Positions 24,101 through 39,100 of a stretch of DNA of 64,000 nucleotides are shown here, piece after piece (within the stretch, counting starts at the first letter, position 1; every line of letters starts with the position of its first letter). The position numbers and the translations under genes are program-made. The notes below the pieces were generated by a model. That model did not search any database, was not told the DNA's origin, and was given only the letters and a program-made list of their open reading frames with translations. Source of the DNA: Phoronis australis (Eukaryota > Animalia > Phoronida); the NCBI GenBank assembly GCA_002633005.1, contig NMRA01000636.1, positions 109,529 to 173,528 of the forward strand, in the 5' to 3' direction.

Positions 24101-27100
24101 TTACTGCTTACTTCGCTACTCACATGAATGTTATAGTGTTGTTCATAATCGCCGCTTTTATAATCATGATTGTTGTCGTCGTCCTTCCCATCGTCTTATT
24201 TTTGCGTAATTTCACCAAGTGTCGCTCCTCCAAGAGCTCTCGCACTGTTGCCAGTTTACCGGGTGCGTGAACAAGACTGCAGGCTATTTCATACTTACTT
24301 GTTGGCTAGTCACATAAATGTTATCATGTTGTTCATAATCTCCGCGTTCATCGTCATCATCGTCCTCGTTGTCCTTCCCATCGTCCTGATTTCGCGTAAT
24401 TTCGCCAAGTGTCGCTCCTCCGAGCGCTCTCGCACTGTTGCCAGTTTACCGGGTGCGTGAACAAGACTGTAGGCTATAAGATCTTACTGATTTGTTTGCT
24501 AGTCACATGGATGTTATCGTGTTGTTCATAATCTCCCCCTTCATCGTCATCATCGTCGAGGTCTTCCTTCCCATCATCCTGTTTTCGTGTAATTTCGCCA
24601 CATGTCACTCCTCCGAGCGCCAGTTTAAACAGTACACACCATGGATTTTTGCACATTTTGAATTACCGGTGGCCACAGACTAAATGAATGACGTAAAATT
24701 TAGCTAAACCCATGTTTATTTTGTGTAATTAGCTCAAAATTTTGATTTTTCTTTCAATTTTGCCAATTTTCACATTTCCCGCCATTTGACGTCATGGGTT
24801 GAACACAAGAGATCAGCGACTAGCATTGAACAATGGTGGATAGCAGTGAATTTGAAAGCGACGACGATTATGAGCAAGAATTGAATGAATACTATGAAGA
24901 AACGTACGGGAATGGAGGCCACGACTGATGAGGAAATGGGGTTGCACGAAAGCGAGAACAAGTTTGATGTGCTTCCGGCTGTGTACTTTTCTACTTTGAG
25001 CCTTACGAACTGGATCCTCCCGCGACAGAAGCGGCCTCGGGCTCGGCGAGTCAACCCAGTCATCCAACAGACGATCCTGAATTAAGAGCTGATGTTTCTG
25101 AATGATAAATATTGTCCTTTATTGAACCAGGCCTTCATCGTAACATCTCCTGTGACTGGAGTCGAAACAGGAGTCCTCAAAGTGGGCAAAACACAGAGTG
25201 ACCCCGGACAGAATCGCTTGGTCCACGATGAGGTCCCACACTCTCGTTCGGCGCACGAAGCGATGCCACTTCTACGCAACGTTGGTGTCCTTCAGAACAC
25301 CGAGACGTTCTCCGCCTGGCTGCTGTTGCTGCAGCCTCCGGCAACACATCTTTTGATCCCTCTACAAACCTTCTCGACGCTAAATGTACTTTGCTTTCAC
25401 TTCACTCTATACACTTTGTCTCTGATCCGAACAGTATGGTGAACGACTTGGGTTCAACCCATGACGTTGTACATAATTATTTTTTTCAATTTTTGCGTGT
25501 TTCTTTATGAGCTGTGCACTAAAGGCACTGAAATCGAGTAAGATATAATAATAAAATTTATTTTGAGGTACTAGAGTCATGTTGTGTACACTTTAACTGG
25601 TGTGAGAACAAGACTGCAGGCTATAAGTTCTTAATGATTTGTTTGCTAGTCACATGAATGTTATCGTGTTGTTCATAATTGCCGCCTTCATCATCAACGT
25701 CGTCATCATCAACGTCGTCGTCCTCCCCATCGTCCTGTTTTCGCGTAATGTCGCCAAGTGTCACTCCTCCGAGCGCTCTCGTTTTTTGTTTGTTCGCACT
25801 CTACAGGTTGTAATTTTCGTCCGATTCACATGAAATTCGCACACTATGTGTAGATCTGGAAGTCCTGGAAGCCTATTGTTTTTGGTCATGATCGGATTCA
25901 AAATGGCAGACGTGGTGGCCATTTAGTTTACGGTTTCAGATTCAAATGCTCATAGTGGCCGCATTTGTCCACGTACAGAGCTGAAACTTGATACGATTAT
26001 TACAGAGCACAAGTACTATACAATTACGCGGTAAATAGTTAAGCTCCGGTCAAAGATGGCGAACATATTAGCAATGGCGCATGCGCACCTCGATATCTGG
26101 CCGAAAACATTTTCTCCTGTGAAGGCGAATTGGTGAACCAATCATTTTCAATTTCATCACCTGTTTGTTTCATTCATTTGATTGGCTATTATAAAAGTTT
26201 GTTTAACCAGAAGTCACGTTCAAGATGGCGGCTTTGGCGCATTTTCACCCATTTTTTATCGTTCTGCAGTGGCATTTTGAACGGGAAGACCAAAGGACGT
26301 GAATTTTTGCATGTGGATTCTTGAAGCATGCTCTTTCAAAAGTTCTGCGATAAAGTTTCTCAATTTAGATAGAGTTTTGAACGAGCTTTCAGAAGACATT
26401 TTCCATTTTTCGGTAGGATGTTTACTTTTTGAATTATTCGAGATTTTCTGATAGCGCTGTTCCTTTGTTGAGCGCTCTTGCTGCATGGATGCTGCTTTAG
26501 CTTCTATTGAACAAGACTGTAGCCTATTTCTTACTGATTTATGACATCTAAGTTCGTCATATGAATGTTACAATGTTGTTCATCCTCATCACCATCGTCA
26601 TCTTCGTCGTCTTTTCAGTTAACATCGGCAAGTGTCGCTCCAGACTGTAGCCTATTTCTTATTGATTTCTGACCTCGTCCTTCATCATGAGTGATATAAG
26701 GATCATCATCACCACGGTCATCGCCATATTCATCATCTTCGTCGTCATCTCTATCATCGTCTTTTCAGTTAATTTCACAAAGTTTCGCTCCTCAGAGCGC
26801 TTTCATTTTTTGTTTGTTCGCACTCTACAAGTCGCATTTTTCGTCTGATTTCCACGAAATTCAAACACAAACTGTATTCCTGGAAGTACTGGAACCCTAT
26901 CATTTTTCGTCATTATCACATCCACGATGGCGGACATGGCCATTTTGTTTCCGATTTCAGGTTCAGATACTCAGAGAGGCCGCCTACTATGACGTACACG
27001 GCTGAAAATTGGCACAAAAATATAGAAGTAGACAAGAGCAATAAAAAAACGCGAAATCATGAACTTACAGTCAAAGATGGCGGAAATATTGGCAATTGCA

Positions 27101-30100
27101 CATGCGCACCTCGATTTCAGGCTAAAACTGTATTTCTTGTAGAGTGCACATTATGGGACAAATTGCTTCGAAATTTTTCAGGAATTAGTTTCTTACCACA
27201 AGCTATTATCCTATGCTGCGAAACTGGAAGATGGCGGATCTAGCGCATTTTGATCCATTTTCAGTCGTGCTGGAGTGCCCTTTTAAATGGGAAGTGAAAA
27301 TTATGTGAATTTTTGCGTGAGTATTCTCTGAGGTATACTCTTTCAAATGGCCTTGAACAATTTTTTCTCAGACTTACTGTTTTTTGAGTTATTTGACGTT
27401 CAATTTAAAAAAAGGTAAAATTTAAAAAAATTTCAAAAATTTTAGTGAATTCTGCAAACCTATCCTGTTAGATACTTTTGAACGGGCTTTCAGGATATAA
27501 TTTCCGCTTTTCACTAGGACGTCTACTTTTCGAATTATTTGAGATTTCCTGATGGCACTGCTCCTTGGTCAAGCTTCTATCGATCAAAACTGTAGCCTAT
27601 TTCTTACTGATTTCTGACATCATCGCTAATCATATGAATGTTATCATGTTGCTCATAATCGCCGCCTTTATCATTATAATCATCATCGTCGTCGTTATGT
27701 TATGATAGTTGTTCCTTTGTTTATTAAGACTGCCTAACAGTTTTTGTAGAGTTAACAACAAACATGGCGACTACCAAGTGAATAAATGTCTGGCTGCTAT
27801 CTCACGCTGTTGTTGTGGCAAAACATATTACATGGTGGCAGCGGTGAGCCATTGGTGAATAATCGTTTACAAATCGTACCATGGCTACTAGTGGCAGTGC
27901 TAGCGGCAGCTCTGAACCCCCTGTTTGTAAATGTACCCATGCCACCGCCCCTCTCGACCAGCAGGCACATGCCGTCTAGATAGGGCGCCAAACAAAATAC
28001 GTGCAGCTACATTACGTACATGCCTAGGTCATGACTCACTTGACTTACTAGATAGTCTACCCCTCACTGAATCAGAGCAGCAAGATTCCACTGAAACACT
28101 CTTAGACGAGCTATAGCCGACTGCTATGTGGGCAAGATGAGTGAAACGTTTGAACGCTATCAGTTTGGAAAATATAGTCAGTCGGAAAATGAACCTATTG
28201 ATACATATGTCGCTGAGTTGCGTCGGCTTGTCAAGTCATACAATTATGGCAGCCTGACAGTCTCATACCTGACCATATGGTCCTCGTATTGGAAGTGATG
28301 CAGTGCAAAGAAAGTTTTTGCAGACTGTTGAATTAACCATTCATAAATGTATTGACATCTGCAAAGCCGCAGAAGCAGCTGATCACCATTTACACAGAAG
28401 ACATGAATGCAAAGTTCCTAACATCAAAATTTTTGTATCAAGCAAAGTACACTTTACAATAAACATTGTGAAATTGCCTGATAACAATTTGGACGAAGCG
28501 TTTTTTTTTTTGTCTGTTCAGGCGACACCAGTCATCCTCCAGGGGATTCCTATATGGAACCATATTAGACTGTGTGCAAATAAATTGAATAAAAAGTTCT
28601 AAAGGTAGTGATTTTGATCAATTTCTAAAAAATTTTTCCAAGTAATTCATAATTCTCACTTGATTTATCAGACCTGGCCCGGTCTCCAATCTACGTACTC
28701 AGACTCGAATCATACTCTAACTCACACTTCACACTCAACTCGAGCACAGACTCAGCTTTGGTGTATTCAATGTCATACTCAAAAAATCTGTACTCGAAAT
28801 TTCGAGCACGTAGTCAGTTTTCGAGTATACTCTAAGTGAAGTGTATTTCATCTCTTAGATTTCGAGTACAATTTTGAGTAAAAAATCCGAGTATATGCTC
28901 CAAATTTCAAGTTTGGTTTGGCAGTGTGCTTGAAATCGTACTCGAAAATAAATACGGCGGATGTGAGACACAGACAAGTTATTCCATGAGTGAAAGAAGA
29001 AAATATCGAAAGACCAGTGAGAGACACAGCAAAATCCTTGGAAAATTTAAGTCCTCATACCATATTACAGAGTTTGAGACACTAACTTCCTTTTGAAACC
29101 TTCTTCATCTTAACTCGCCGTATTACCGCACTTCTTTGCCTCCAATTTTTAAACTCCTTCTTACTCTACGATTCCTGGCAACTGTCGAATTCTTATCCCA
29201 TGTCGGCGAGTCATTACATTAGTCAAAAGCAGTTGTGGGGAGGGGGCTGCCCAGATTGCAATGCGTGTGCAGCCTATTGTATGGTTTCTCAAAGACGAGG
29301 AAGCGAGGAAACAACAGTTTGCTTCCCTGTCAGGTAGCCTACATTTCACATTATAGTTTTAATCATCGATAATTCCTCAATTCCCGATTGGTATTCCACA
29401 CTTTGTTTGCCGATTTCTAAGTAGACGTCTCATCCCATTCACCAGTAAACTCTGAATGCCTGCACATGTAGTGTTTTTTAACTCATGCCAAATGTCAACT
29501 AACTTGATACAACCTGGTAAAATGCAAAGATACAATATCAAAGTTTTGACATCAGCATAGGCCTACACAATGAGTTACTATATCAAGACTAAATTAGCAA
29601 GAGAGAAAATGGGTTGACCAGGAAGCAAACAACTAAGGCCAAAAAATGTCGACTAGCGTTTGGGCTCTGACGTGGACAACGGGCTAACTAGAGAAGAATG
29701 CCACCACAGGCAATTAAGGTACAAACTTTTGAAATTCGACCACTTGTCAAGGAATATGTGCAGTTCGAACTCTCCCTTAAAAATGTTGGTTGCAGGCCTG
29801 TGATATGGTACCTGACCCCCGTGCCCGGGTCACTGGCCCACCACTGCATTACTGAGAACGAAAATTTCAATATGCCGTCAATAGTTGGTGTGACCATACC
29901 AGTTTTAGGAGTAAATGTGTCAAGTGTAGGGGAGAATGAACTCATTTTGCTCCCTGGCTAAATCAGACACTGAAATTGTGGATGCTCCAATCCGGCCGTT
30001 ACTTTCTTTCATGTGATAAGCTGTTACAAATTTCTTTCGGGAGATAAGGAACTCAAGAAGTAAAGCTTAATAATTGGCAAATGTATCAAGGAATGGTATA

Positions 30101-33100
30101 AGAATATTGTATTGAAACTGAAGAAATGAATAACAGTTACAGAACATTGAGTATTCTACGTTATACTCTTGTAACTATAGCAACAGCAGACGATAATGTA
30201 GTTGCTAGTGTAGTCTATGTGAATAGGGAACGCTGAATCAGCGCGACTTCGCGTGGTTTTGCATTTCACATTATAAAGAGTTCCATAGCAACTCAAGTAC
30301 GATTCTCAGATTCTAGTACGTTTGGAGTCTACTCGAAATGCGACAATAAATACGCTTTTTTGAGTACGACTCCAGTGAGCACGATTTTGAGTATGAAATC
30401 TCGGGTAAGAGTATGAGTCTGAGTACGGAGATTGGAGACCGGGCGGGCCCTGACACAGGATGGGAAGTGATGATGATCACATAAAAACTAGACTTCCTCA
30501 AAATATGAAACATCTCAGTGCTGAGAAATGTCATATGATACAGAGATATCCAGCATATACATGACATGAAGATAACTGGAAATCAATCACAGTATTTATT
30601 AATAGTGACAACTGCCCTTGTGAAACCACTGTAGACATTCTCAGGATGCAAAACCACACTGGTTAGCTTGTCTGCATGCCAAGACTTTGCAAAACCAGTC
30701 TACATAAATTAAATCATCTTCCAATAACAAGTAGTTGCTATAGTAACTGATCCGTGACAAATTGCCCAACTGCAATCAAATTTATTATGATTTTTTATTT
30801 ATATATTTCATTAGTATAAGTAAGTACAATGGCCAACATTACTGCCTGGAAATCGAATTAGCATTAAATCTTAACATTATATCATTACGAAGGAAGGGAC
30901 ATTCTAAACTAGAAATAAAAAGAAAATGTTGACTTCTGTGCCATCAATTTGTAGAAAATGTTTTAACAGATCAGGGACGTCATGACAATTACTTCCCGAA
31001 ATAAAAAATTCATTCTAATCAAAGCAAGGAACCAGATGTACGAGATAAGCAGGGCTCGACATAACGAGCTGCAGGTCGCATTTGCGACCTGAAATTTGGA
31101 AATGCGAGCTGATATTTTTGTCAGCTCGTATCAAGTCGCAAAATGCGACCTGGAATTTGCAACGAATGCGAGCTGAGTTTTTACACTTCTCAACAGATAA
31201 CTGGCACATACAAAGCAGCTCTTGTTAATCCGACCGTTATTTGGTCGTTGCCAAATCCAAGTTCAAAACAACACTAACGAGAACAGCCCTCTCGATGACT
31301 TGTAAGCAAGTCGCGTGAACATGGGATATGCAGAATCGATCTTCGACGCGTTTCATTGGCTAACACTTTTGGCCACTTTTGTAAATTCCCAAATTCGCCG
31401 AAGAAAGTTTCGGGCCACTGCTTAACACGTGATAAAACTTCACAAAACAACGGTGTTTCTATTAATTCTTAAGCGTTCAACTTACCAAACTTTGTGGTGG
31501 ACAAAAATGTTTATTTTTCACATAAGATGTCCTTATTACATGTACCAAATAACCACGACAATATCCCTCATCGCACTGCGGCACCGTTAGCGCGCAAACG
31601 GTCCCGGCACACAATCGTGACTTAGACTGAGATGTGCTTCTCCTTTTTATCGTATTAGACAGCCAAAGTGAAAATGACAACCTTATTAATCGCCAAACGA
31701 CGGTCACGTCTTTACTTTCAGTTGCCAAGAAATTCTCAAACCCCTTACTTGTTTCTGGGGCTACGGGCGCGAAATATGATTTGTCTTTCACACGTACGTT
31801 GCCAACGTAAAGTGTAGGCCTACTCCAGCGATGAGCATGGGCGTGAACTCACGCACGCGCACCATTTCAAAGAACAGCGACAGTCCTAAATGAAAGAGTA
31901 TACCGGCTTGGCTCTGGTTTATTTGAAAATAAACTCAGATTCCCAGCGGTTATAAAAGACCCGATGTACCGGGACCGATATACATTGTAACCCCGAGAAC
32001 TGACGTTTTCCTGTTCCGATGTTTCCCGAGGTCGATGTTCTGTAAATCCTGTATTCTATGCCCGTAGCCAGTTATTGCAACTAAACTGGCACTAGATGCG
32101 AAATTGTGGTTCAAGTTAGCGAACTTTTCATTCTTCTCTTTATACCCCCCNNNNNNNNNNNNNNNNNNNNNNNNNNNNNNNNNNNNNNNNNNNNNNNNNN
32201 NNNNNNNNNNNNNNNNNNNNNNNNNNNNNNNNNNNNNNNNNNNNNNNNNNNNNNNNNNNNNNNNNNNNNNNNNNNNNNNNNNNNNNNNNNNNNNNNNNNN
32301 NNNNNNNNTTGTGACTGACCTATTTTTCCCGTACTTGGAAGGTATTGCGGAGCAAACTCGCCATTACCCGAGTTAGTTTGAATCGTTAACGACTTTGATG
32401 ACAGCCAGTAGCAGGCCAGATCTAAAAATATCCCGGATACTTTTTCAAGGGACATTTTCTCCCTTTTCACATTGCAAATTTAGCTACTCGAATGCAAAAG
32501 TCAGTTAGAGAGCACTGATTCAACTTTCACGTCGGCAACTTGCCTTGCGCTCTACAGTCTTTCAATGGCGGTTGTGAAGAACAGTAAGGCCGTACCTGCA
32601 TGAATAAAGTCAATTTTGAGATCCGAAATTTGTGAGTATTTAACACTGCAGGTAAGAGCATAATCTAAACATTTTCTCGATGATCTAAAAAATCTATTTT
32701 GGCGCGTAAAAATGGCGGGAAAATTTTGCGGCCTGGCATTTAGGAATGCGAGCTGGATTTCGAAAATGCGACCTGGGATTTTGGCTAGGTCGCAAAATGC
32801 GACCTGGCGATTTTAATAGCGTCGAGCCCTGGTAAGTGAAAGTAGGTCGTAAATAACTAATAATTTATCATTTGGGGGATTTCAAAGCTATTTTACTTAG
32901 GCAGGGTTGAAACATTAGCAACAACAAATGAGACTTATCTCTCCTATTGACTCGTCTGGTTGTGCATACCTAGACAACCAGATAATGCGAGAATATTTTG
33001 AATGAATATGCATGGTAGGTGGATGAAATCAACTTTGTTATCAAAAGATTCCAACAAGGACAATCGGGATGAAGATGAAGGAAATCAAACAGACCAAATG

Positions 33101-36100
33101 GCCGGTGTTCAAAGGAATGTATTTCCACTGATCTGATATCAAAGACCACAGTGCTACCAACCAACAATCACTACAACCTGAAACATTTGTAGGCTTCTTG
33201 TCACCTAGCACTCACATGGGAAATTCCCCTAGCATTTTGGAACTTTGATAATCATACTTAAATCATTGTTACATTACGACTGTAATGCAGCCTAAATTTA
33301 TTACTGGAAAACTTCAGCATCTTTTGACATCAAAGCGATATTACTGAGAATGCAATTAGTATTTAAATTGTCTAAGTGGCCTTTAAACATTTTCTTTCTA
33401 CTTAAGTCCCTGTTTCTTCCGTTTGTAATCAATTCAAAGTCCCAAAATGTATTAAATTATATAAAACTATCAGTGTGTCAAACAAAGCCTTGAGGATATA
33501 GCTGATAATCACAACAACCTTCCTTATCTTAGGTAACACAAGGACACTGAAATGGGGCAACAAATATTTCAGTGATGTTGAAGGGATATAGTGCACAAAA
33601 CTTGGTGGGCTTTTTGTTGAATCGTCACTGACTGAACCTCTTAAGTCATTCTTTTTGACGTCTTTTCAATGTTAACACCCCTTGGGTGATAGTCAAGAGC
33701 AACGTTGAAATGCACCTCAACTGCAAAACAAATGGTGTACTTCTAATGGTGTTTTTAGTATCAGAAAAATGACCATTAGATGGCGCAGAATATGTCAAAC
33801 TTGTCAGAAATTGGGGAAAGCAATGTCGTCCCTTTGTTGCAAAACTGTTTGTCAAATTTCATGAAAACTGACCAAGAAACTCCAAATATACAGAAGCAGA
33901 CATAAAAAACAAATTGCTATTAAAAGGCATAGCGGTAGTTAAATCCATCCATCTGATGTCAATTTCATAGGAATAGACTTGACACATTGAGATCTTGCAA
34001 GGGATTTAGCAGATAGACTCAAAAATAATTGACATGGCCACGAACTGGCATAAAATACGGATATCAAAAATTTACTAAAATTTTTTAAATTGCCACCGGG
34101 TGGCGGAGAATACATCAAATCCATACGAAAACAAGAAGGCATCATCATCTCTTTAATTGAAACCTATGTGCTAAATTTAATGAAAATCTATCAAGACACT
34201 GGGAAGGATAGAGGCAAGCATAAAAAAGAGAATAGCAGCCAGAGGGCACACATGCAGCCGGATTGGTCTGAAACTAGTCGTCATTCATTATCATCTCCAT
34301 AGGAAGCTACCTGCCAAATTTCACAAAGATAGTCCAAAGAGTTAAAATGATGCAGCCGTGGACACAAAAAACAAGCGCAAAGCAGAGCGATAATATGCGC
34401 CCAACAATGCACCACAAACGGTGTGCTTAAAAGGTTGTTTATTTGTATCATGAAAATGGCCGCAAGATAGCACAAAATATAATGAATCCATCCGAAAACA
34501 GGAACATGCCATCATTTCTTTAATAGAAAGCTATTTACTAAATTTTGTGCACATCTGTAAAGGAACTTTAATCAGAGAAACCAAGGAAAACGGGAAAAAA
34601 TGAAATAGCCACTAGGGGGCACAGCATTCGTCAGAACAGTCTAAAAGTCGTCTTCGTCAGTTCTTAACTTCATATAAATTAACTTACTAAATATAATAAA
34701 GATCCTGCAGTGGGTTTCAGAAATACAGCTATAAACACAAAACAAAACAAAATTGCCAGTACAAGACACCACAGCAGCTGAAGTCATTGTCACCCATTCC
34801 CTTCACAGTGAGAACATATACGCCAATTTTCAAAATCACCCTTAGAATGGTTTGATTGAAAGAGGGACACTCAAAAACAGCAACAAGAGCAACAGGGAGC
34901 GTTGAAAAGCGCCCACACATGCATCGCAAATGGTGTGCTTTTAGGGTAGCTTATTTGAGTCATAAAATGGGAACTAGACGGCGCAAAAACGTACAGACTG
35001 TCCGAAAATGGGAACATGTCATTGCTTCTTTAATAGAAAGCTATACACCAAATTTCATAGAAATCCGTCACGGAACTTCAGAGAAATAAAGGAAAACAGA
35101 ATAAAATAACATTGCCACTAGGGGGCACAGTGTTCCTTGGATCCGCCTGAAAGTCATCATTGTCTGTTATTCGCTTCATATAAATAAACCTACTAAATTT
35201 AATAAAGATCCTGCAGTGGGTTTAGGAGACACAGCTATGGACAAAAAACAAAAATAAAACGAGAGCGCTCGGAGGAGCGACACTTGGCGGAATTTATCGA
35301 AAAGACGACGATGAGGGAGACGACGATAATCATGACGATCAAGACGGCAATTATTAATAACACGATAACATTCACGTGACTTGCGAAGAAATCAAATAGA
35401 GAGCATACAATCAACTACAATAAAGAACAATAGATGGCGCAACATGACGGACGAGCCATGTCTTTTCCCACATTCTAAAATAGGTGGCGCTATGTGACAG
35501 TCTGCAAAGCAAAGTTATGTTTACAATAAGTATTTGGCTTGAAATTGTACAGTCTACAGAGCGCTATTCAGCCACAGTAGGACAGTGCTGGCTGGGTCAG
35601 TCTGGGTCAACTAGGCACAACCAAAACAAAGTTAACTGAAAGCCAGCCAGCTGGGTCCTTGCATAGATGACCGAATTGCAACAACGGTATCCGTAAATCT
35701 CGAACAATTCAAAAAGTAGACGTTGTAGCACAAAATGGAAAATATCTTCTGAAAGCCCATTCAAAATTCTATCTAAAGTGCTAGTTTGGCAAACACGATA
35801 GCATTCATGTGACTAGCGAAGAAATCAAATAGAGAGCATACAATCAACTACAATAAAGAACAATAGATGGCGCAACATGACGGTCCAGTCTACAGTAGGA
35901 CAGTGCTGGCTGGGTCAGTCTGGGTCAACTAGGCATAACCAAAACATAGCGAACTGAAACCAGCCAGCTGCGTGCTTGCATAGTGGACCGAAGGAACAAC
36001 GGTATCCGAAAATCTCGAATAATTCAAAAGTAGACGTCGTAGCACAAAATGGAAAATATCTTTTGAAAGCCCGTTCAAAACTATCTAAAATGGTAGTTTG

Positions 36101-39100
36101 GCAAACACGATAACATTCATGTGACTAGCGAAGAAATCAAATAGAGAGCATACAATCAACTACAATAAACAACAATAGATGGCGCAACATGACGGACGAG
36201 CCATGCTTTACAGTAGGACAGTGCTGGCTGGGTCAGTCTGGGTCAACTAGGCATAATCAACACAAAGTGAACTGAAAGCCAGCCAGCTGTGTGCTTGCAT
36301 AAGTGAACGAAGGAACAAAGGCATCCGAAAATCTCGAATAAATCAAAAAGTAGACGTCGTAGCGCAAAATGGAAAATATCTTCTGAAAGCCCGTTCAAAA
36401 TTCTATATAAAGTGATAGTTTGGCAAAAAACAAAATAAATTTTCGAGAAAATTGAAAATTTGACGGTTTTTTTGAAATTCAAAGTCAAATAACTCGAAAA
36501 CGGTAAGTCTGAGAAATACGCTCTCGCAGACTTTTTGAAAGGCCATACTTCAAGGAATCCACATGCAAAAATTCACGTCATTTACAATCGTCCCGTTAAA
36601 AATGCGACACCAGAGCGATTGAAACCGTGCGAACATGCGCCACAGCCGCCAGTTTGGAAGTGACTTCCGGTTCCATAAATTTTTATTAAAGGTTATTAAA
36701 CTCAACAAACACGTGACCTGTTTGAAAGTGATTGGTTTGCAAATGCGCCCTCTACAGGAGAAAACATTTTTAGCCATATTTCGGGGTGCGCATGCGCCAC
36801 GTCCAATATTTCCGCCATCTGTAACCGGAAGTCAACGATTTTTTGCACAATTGTAGCACATGCGTTCTAGTATATTCGTACCAATTTTCAGCCATGTACG
36901 TCGAAAAATGCGGCCTCTACGAGCATTTGAGTGTGAAATCGGATACAAAATGGCCGCCACGTCCGCCATTTTGTATCCGATCATGACCAAAAACAATAGG
37001 CTTCCAGGACTTTTGGATCTACACGTCGTGTGCAAGTTTCGAGAAAATCAGACGAAAATTGCGACCTGTAGATTGCGAACAAACAAAAAAACTCCCTGTC
37101 AGACCAACATAGTTGACTGAATTCGAAGAATTCTGCCAAGTAACTACCACTAGGAAGTGCCAGAGTGGTCTAAGTCGTCATCATCAATCGTCCTCTTCAC
37201 ACTGAGAACATATACTGTAATTTTCAAAACCATCCTTAGAATGATCTGGTTGATAGAGGTAGACGCAAAAAAACAAACTCGAACACAGCAAAAATGAACA
37301 CTAGGTGGCGCACAGTACTTTGACTCCATCCAAAAACGGGAGAATAGCGTCATCTCACCAATAGATGCCAATATTCAAAATTTTATGAAACTCTGTTGAG
37401 GACCTTTGAAGATACAGAGGTAAACGTAAAACTAAAATTGCCACCAAGGGGCATACCAGTAGTCAGATCCATCCCAAATTCTTCGACGTTCGTTGTCGAC
37501 ATCATATAAACACACTTCTTAAATTTAGTAAAGATCCTTCAAACGGTTTAGGAGATTCAGCTATGGGCGCAAAAAAAAACTGCCACTAGGATGCGCCACA
37601 GTAGTCAAAGTCATTGGAAAATCATCGACAGACGTCTACTTCATAGTCAACGCATACATGCCAATTTTCACAATTATCCTGAAAGCGGTTTGGTTGATAG
37701 AGGGGTGGACACCAAAGAACAGACTCAAAAACAGTACAAATGGCCACTAGGTGGTCCAAACTAGGTCGAATCCATCTGAAAACGGAAAGATGGCGTCACC
37801 TCACTAACAGAAGCCTGTACACCAAATTTTATGAAAATACGTTAGTGAAGATGCTACAAACGGTTAAGGAGATATAGCCATAAGCGAAAAAAAAACTGCC
37901 AGTAGGAGACGCCACAGAAGTCAAAGTTGTCAGAAAATCACCGTCAATCTTTCTCTTTACAGTAAGAGCATACACGCCAATTTTCCCAATCATGCTTAGA
38001 ACGGTTTAGTTGGTAGAAGGGTGGACGTCAAAAAACAGACTCAACAACAGTAAAAGTGACACTAGGTGGCGCAAACTACGTCAAATCCATCCGAAAACGG
38101 GAGGATACCGTCGTCTCACTAATAGATGCCTATATACCAAATTTCATGAAAATACCTTGAGGACCTTTGAAGACAGAGGTAAACTTAAAAAAGTAAAATT
38201 GCCACTAGGGGGCACACTGGTAGTCGGATCCGTACGAAAGTTCGCTCATGCCATCCCATTCATGAAAGGAACACATGTGCACAGTTTCATGAGCATACAT
38301 CAATCAGTTTTGAAGATAGAGCAGCGGACGCTGGATGCCGGACGGACGCTGGACGGATGCCAGACGGACGGACGCAGATGACGGCATAATACGTCCACAT
38401 ATAAATATGTGGGCGCATAAAAATGCACACTAGATGGTGCAAAATACACCAAATCCATTTGAAAATGAGAGAATGGCGTCATCTCACCAATACATGCCTA
38501 TAGACCAAATTTTATGAAAATCCGTGGAGGACCTTTGAAGATACAGAGGTAATGGTAAAAAACTAAAATTACCATTAAAGGACACACCAGTAGTCAGATC
38601 CGTCTGAAAGTCGTCATTGTCTGTTGTCAACTTCATATAAATTCACTTGCTAAATTTTGTAAAGATGTTGCAGGGGGTTTAGGAGATACAGCCATGGGTG
38701 CAAAAAAATTGCCACTAGGATGCGCCTCAGTAGTCAACGTTGTCAGAAAACCATCGTCACCCATCTTTTTCATAGTAAGAAGATACATGCCAAATTTCAC
38801 AATCATCCTTAAAGGGTTTTGGTTGATAGAGGGGCGGAGTCTAAAAACAGATTTGAAAACAGCAAAAATGGCCACTAGGTGGTGCAAAATACCTTGAATT
38901 CATCCGGAAACGAAAAGATAGCGTCATCTCGATAATATATGCCTGTATGCCAAATTTTATGAAAATCCGTTGAGAGGTAAACATAAAAAACACTAGGGGA
39001 AACACCAGTAGTCGGATCCGTCCGAAAGTAAGCTTATGCTGTCCCATCCAAAAAAGGAATACATGTGCAAAATTTCATGAACATACATCAAAGGGTTTTG

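Noticed and set aside
24010-24683. Hydrophobic ORFs resembling small membrane proteins (also 21079-21429, 25639-25833)
   Set aside because: Translations of (ATC/GTC)-rich low-complexity tracts in the family B repeat; frames and stops differ between copies.
27833-27845. tRNA-like sequence
   Set aside because: Only 13 nt complementary to a tRNA 3' end, directly after an LTR: a primer-binding site, not a tRNA gene.
29688-29961. Overlapping 85-87 aa ORFs inside the 28.7-30.5 kb TIR element
   Set aside because: No recognisable transposase or other motif in the frames examined.
32104-32470. ORFs spanning 32151-32308
   Set aside because: Artefacts of translating the N gap.
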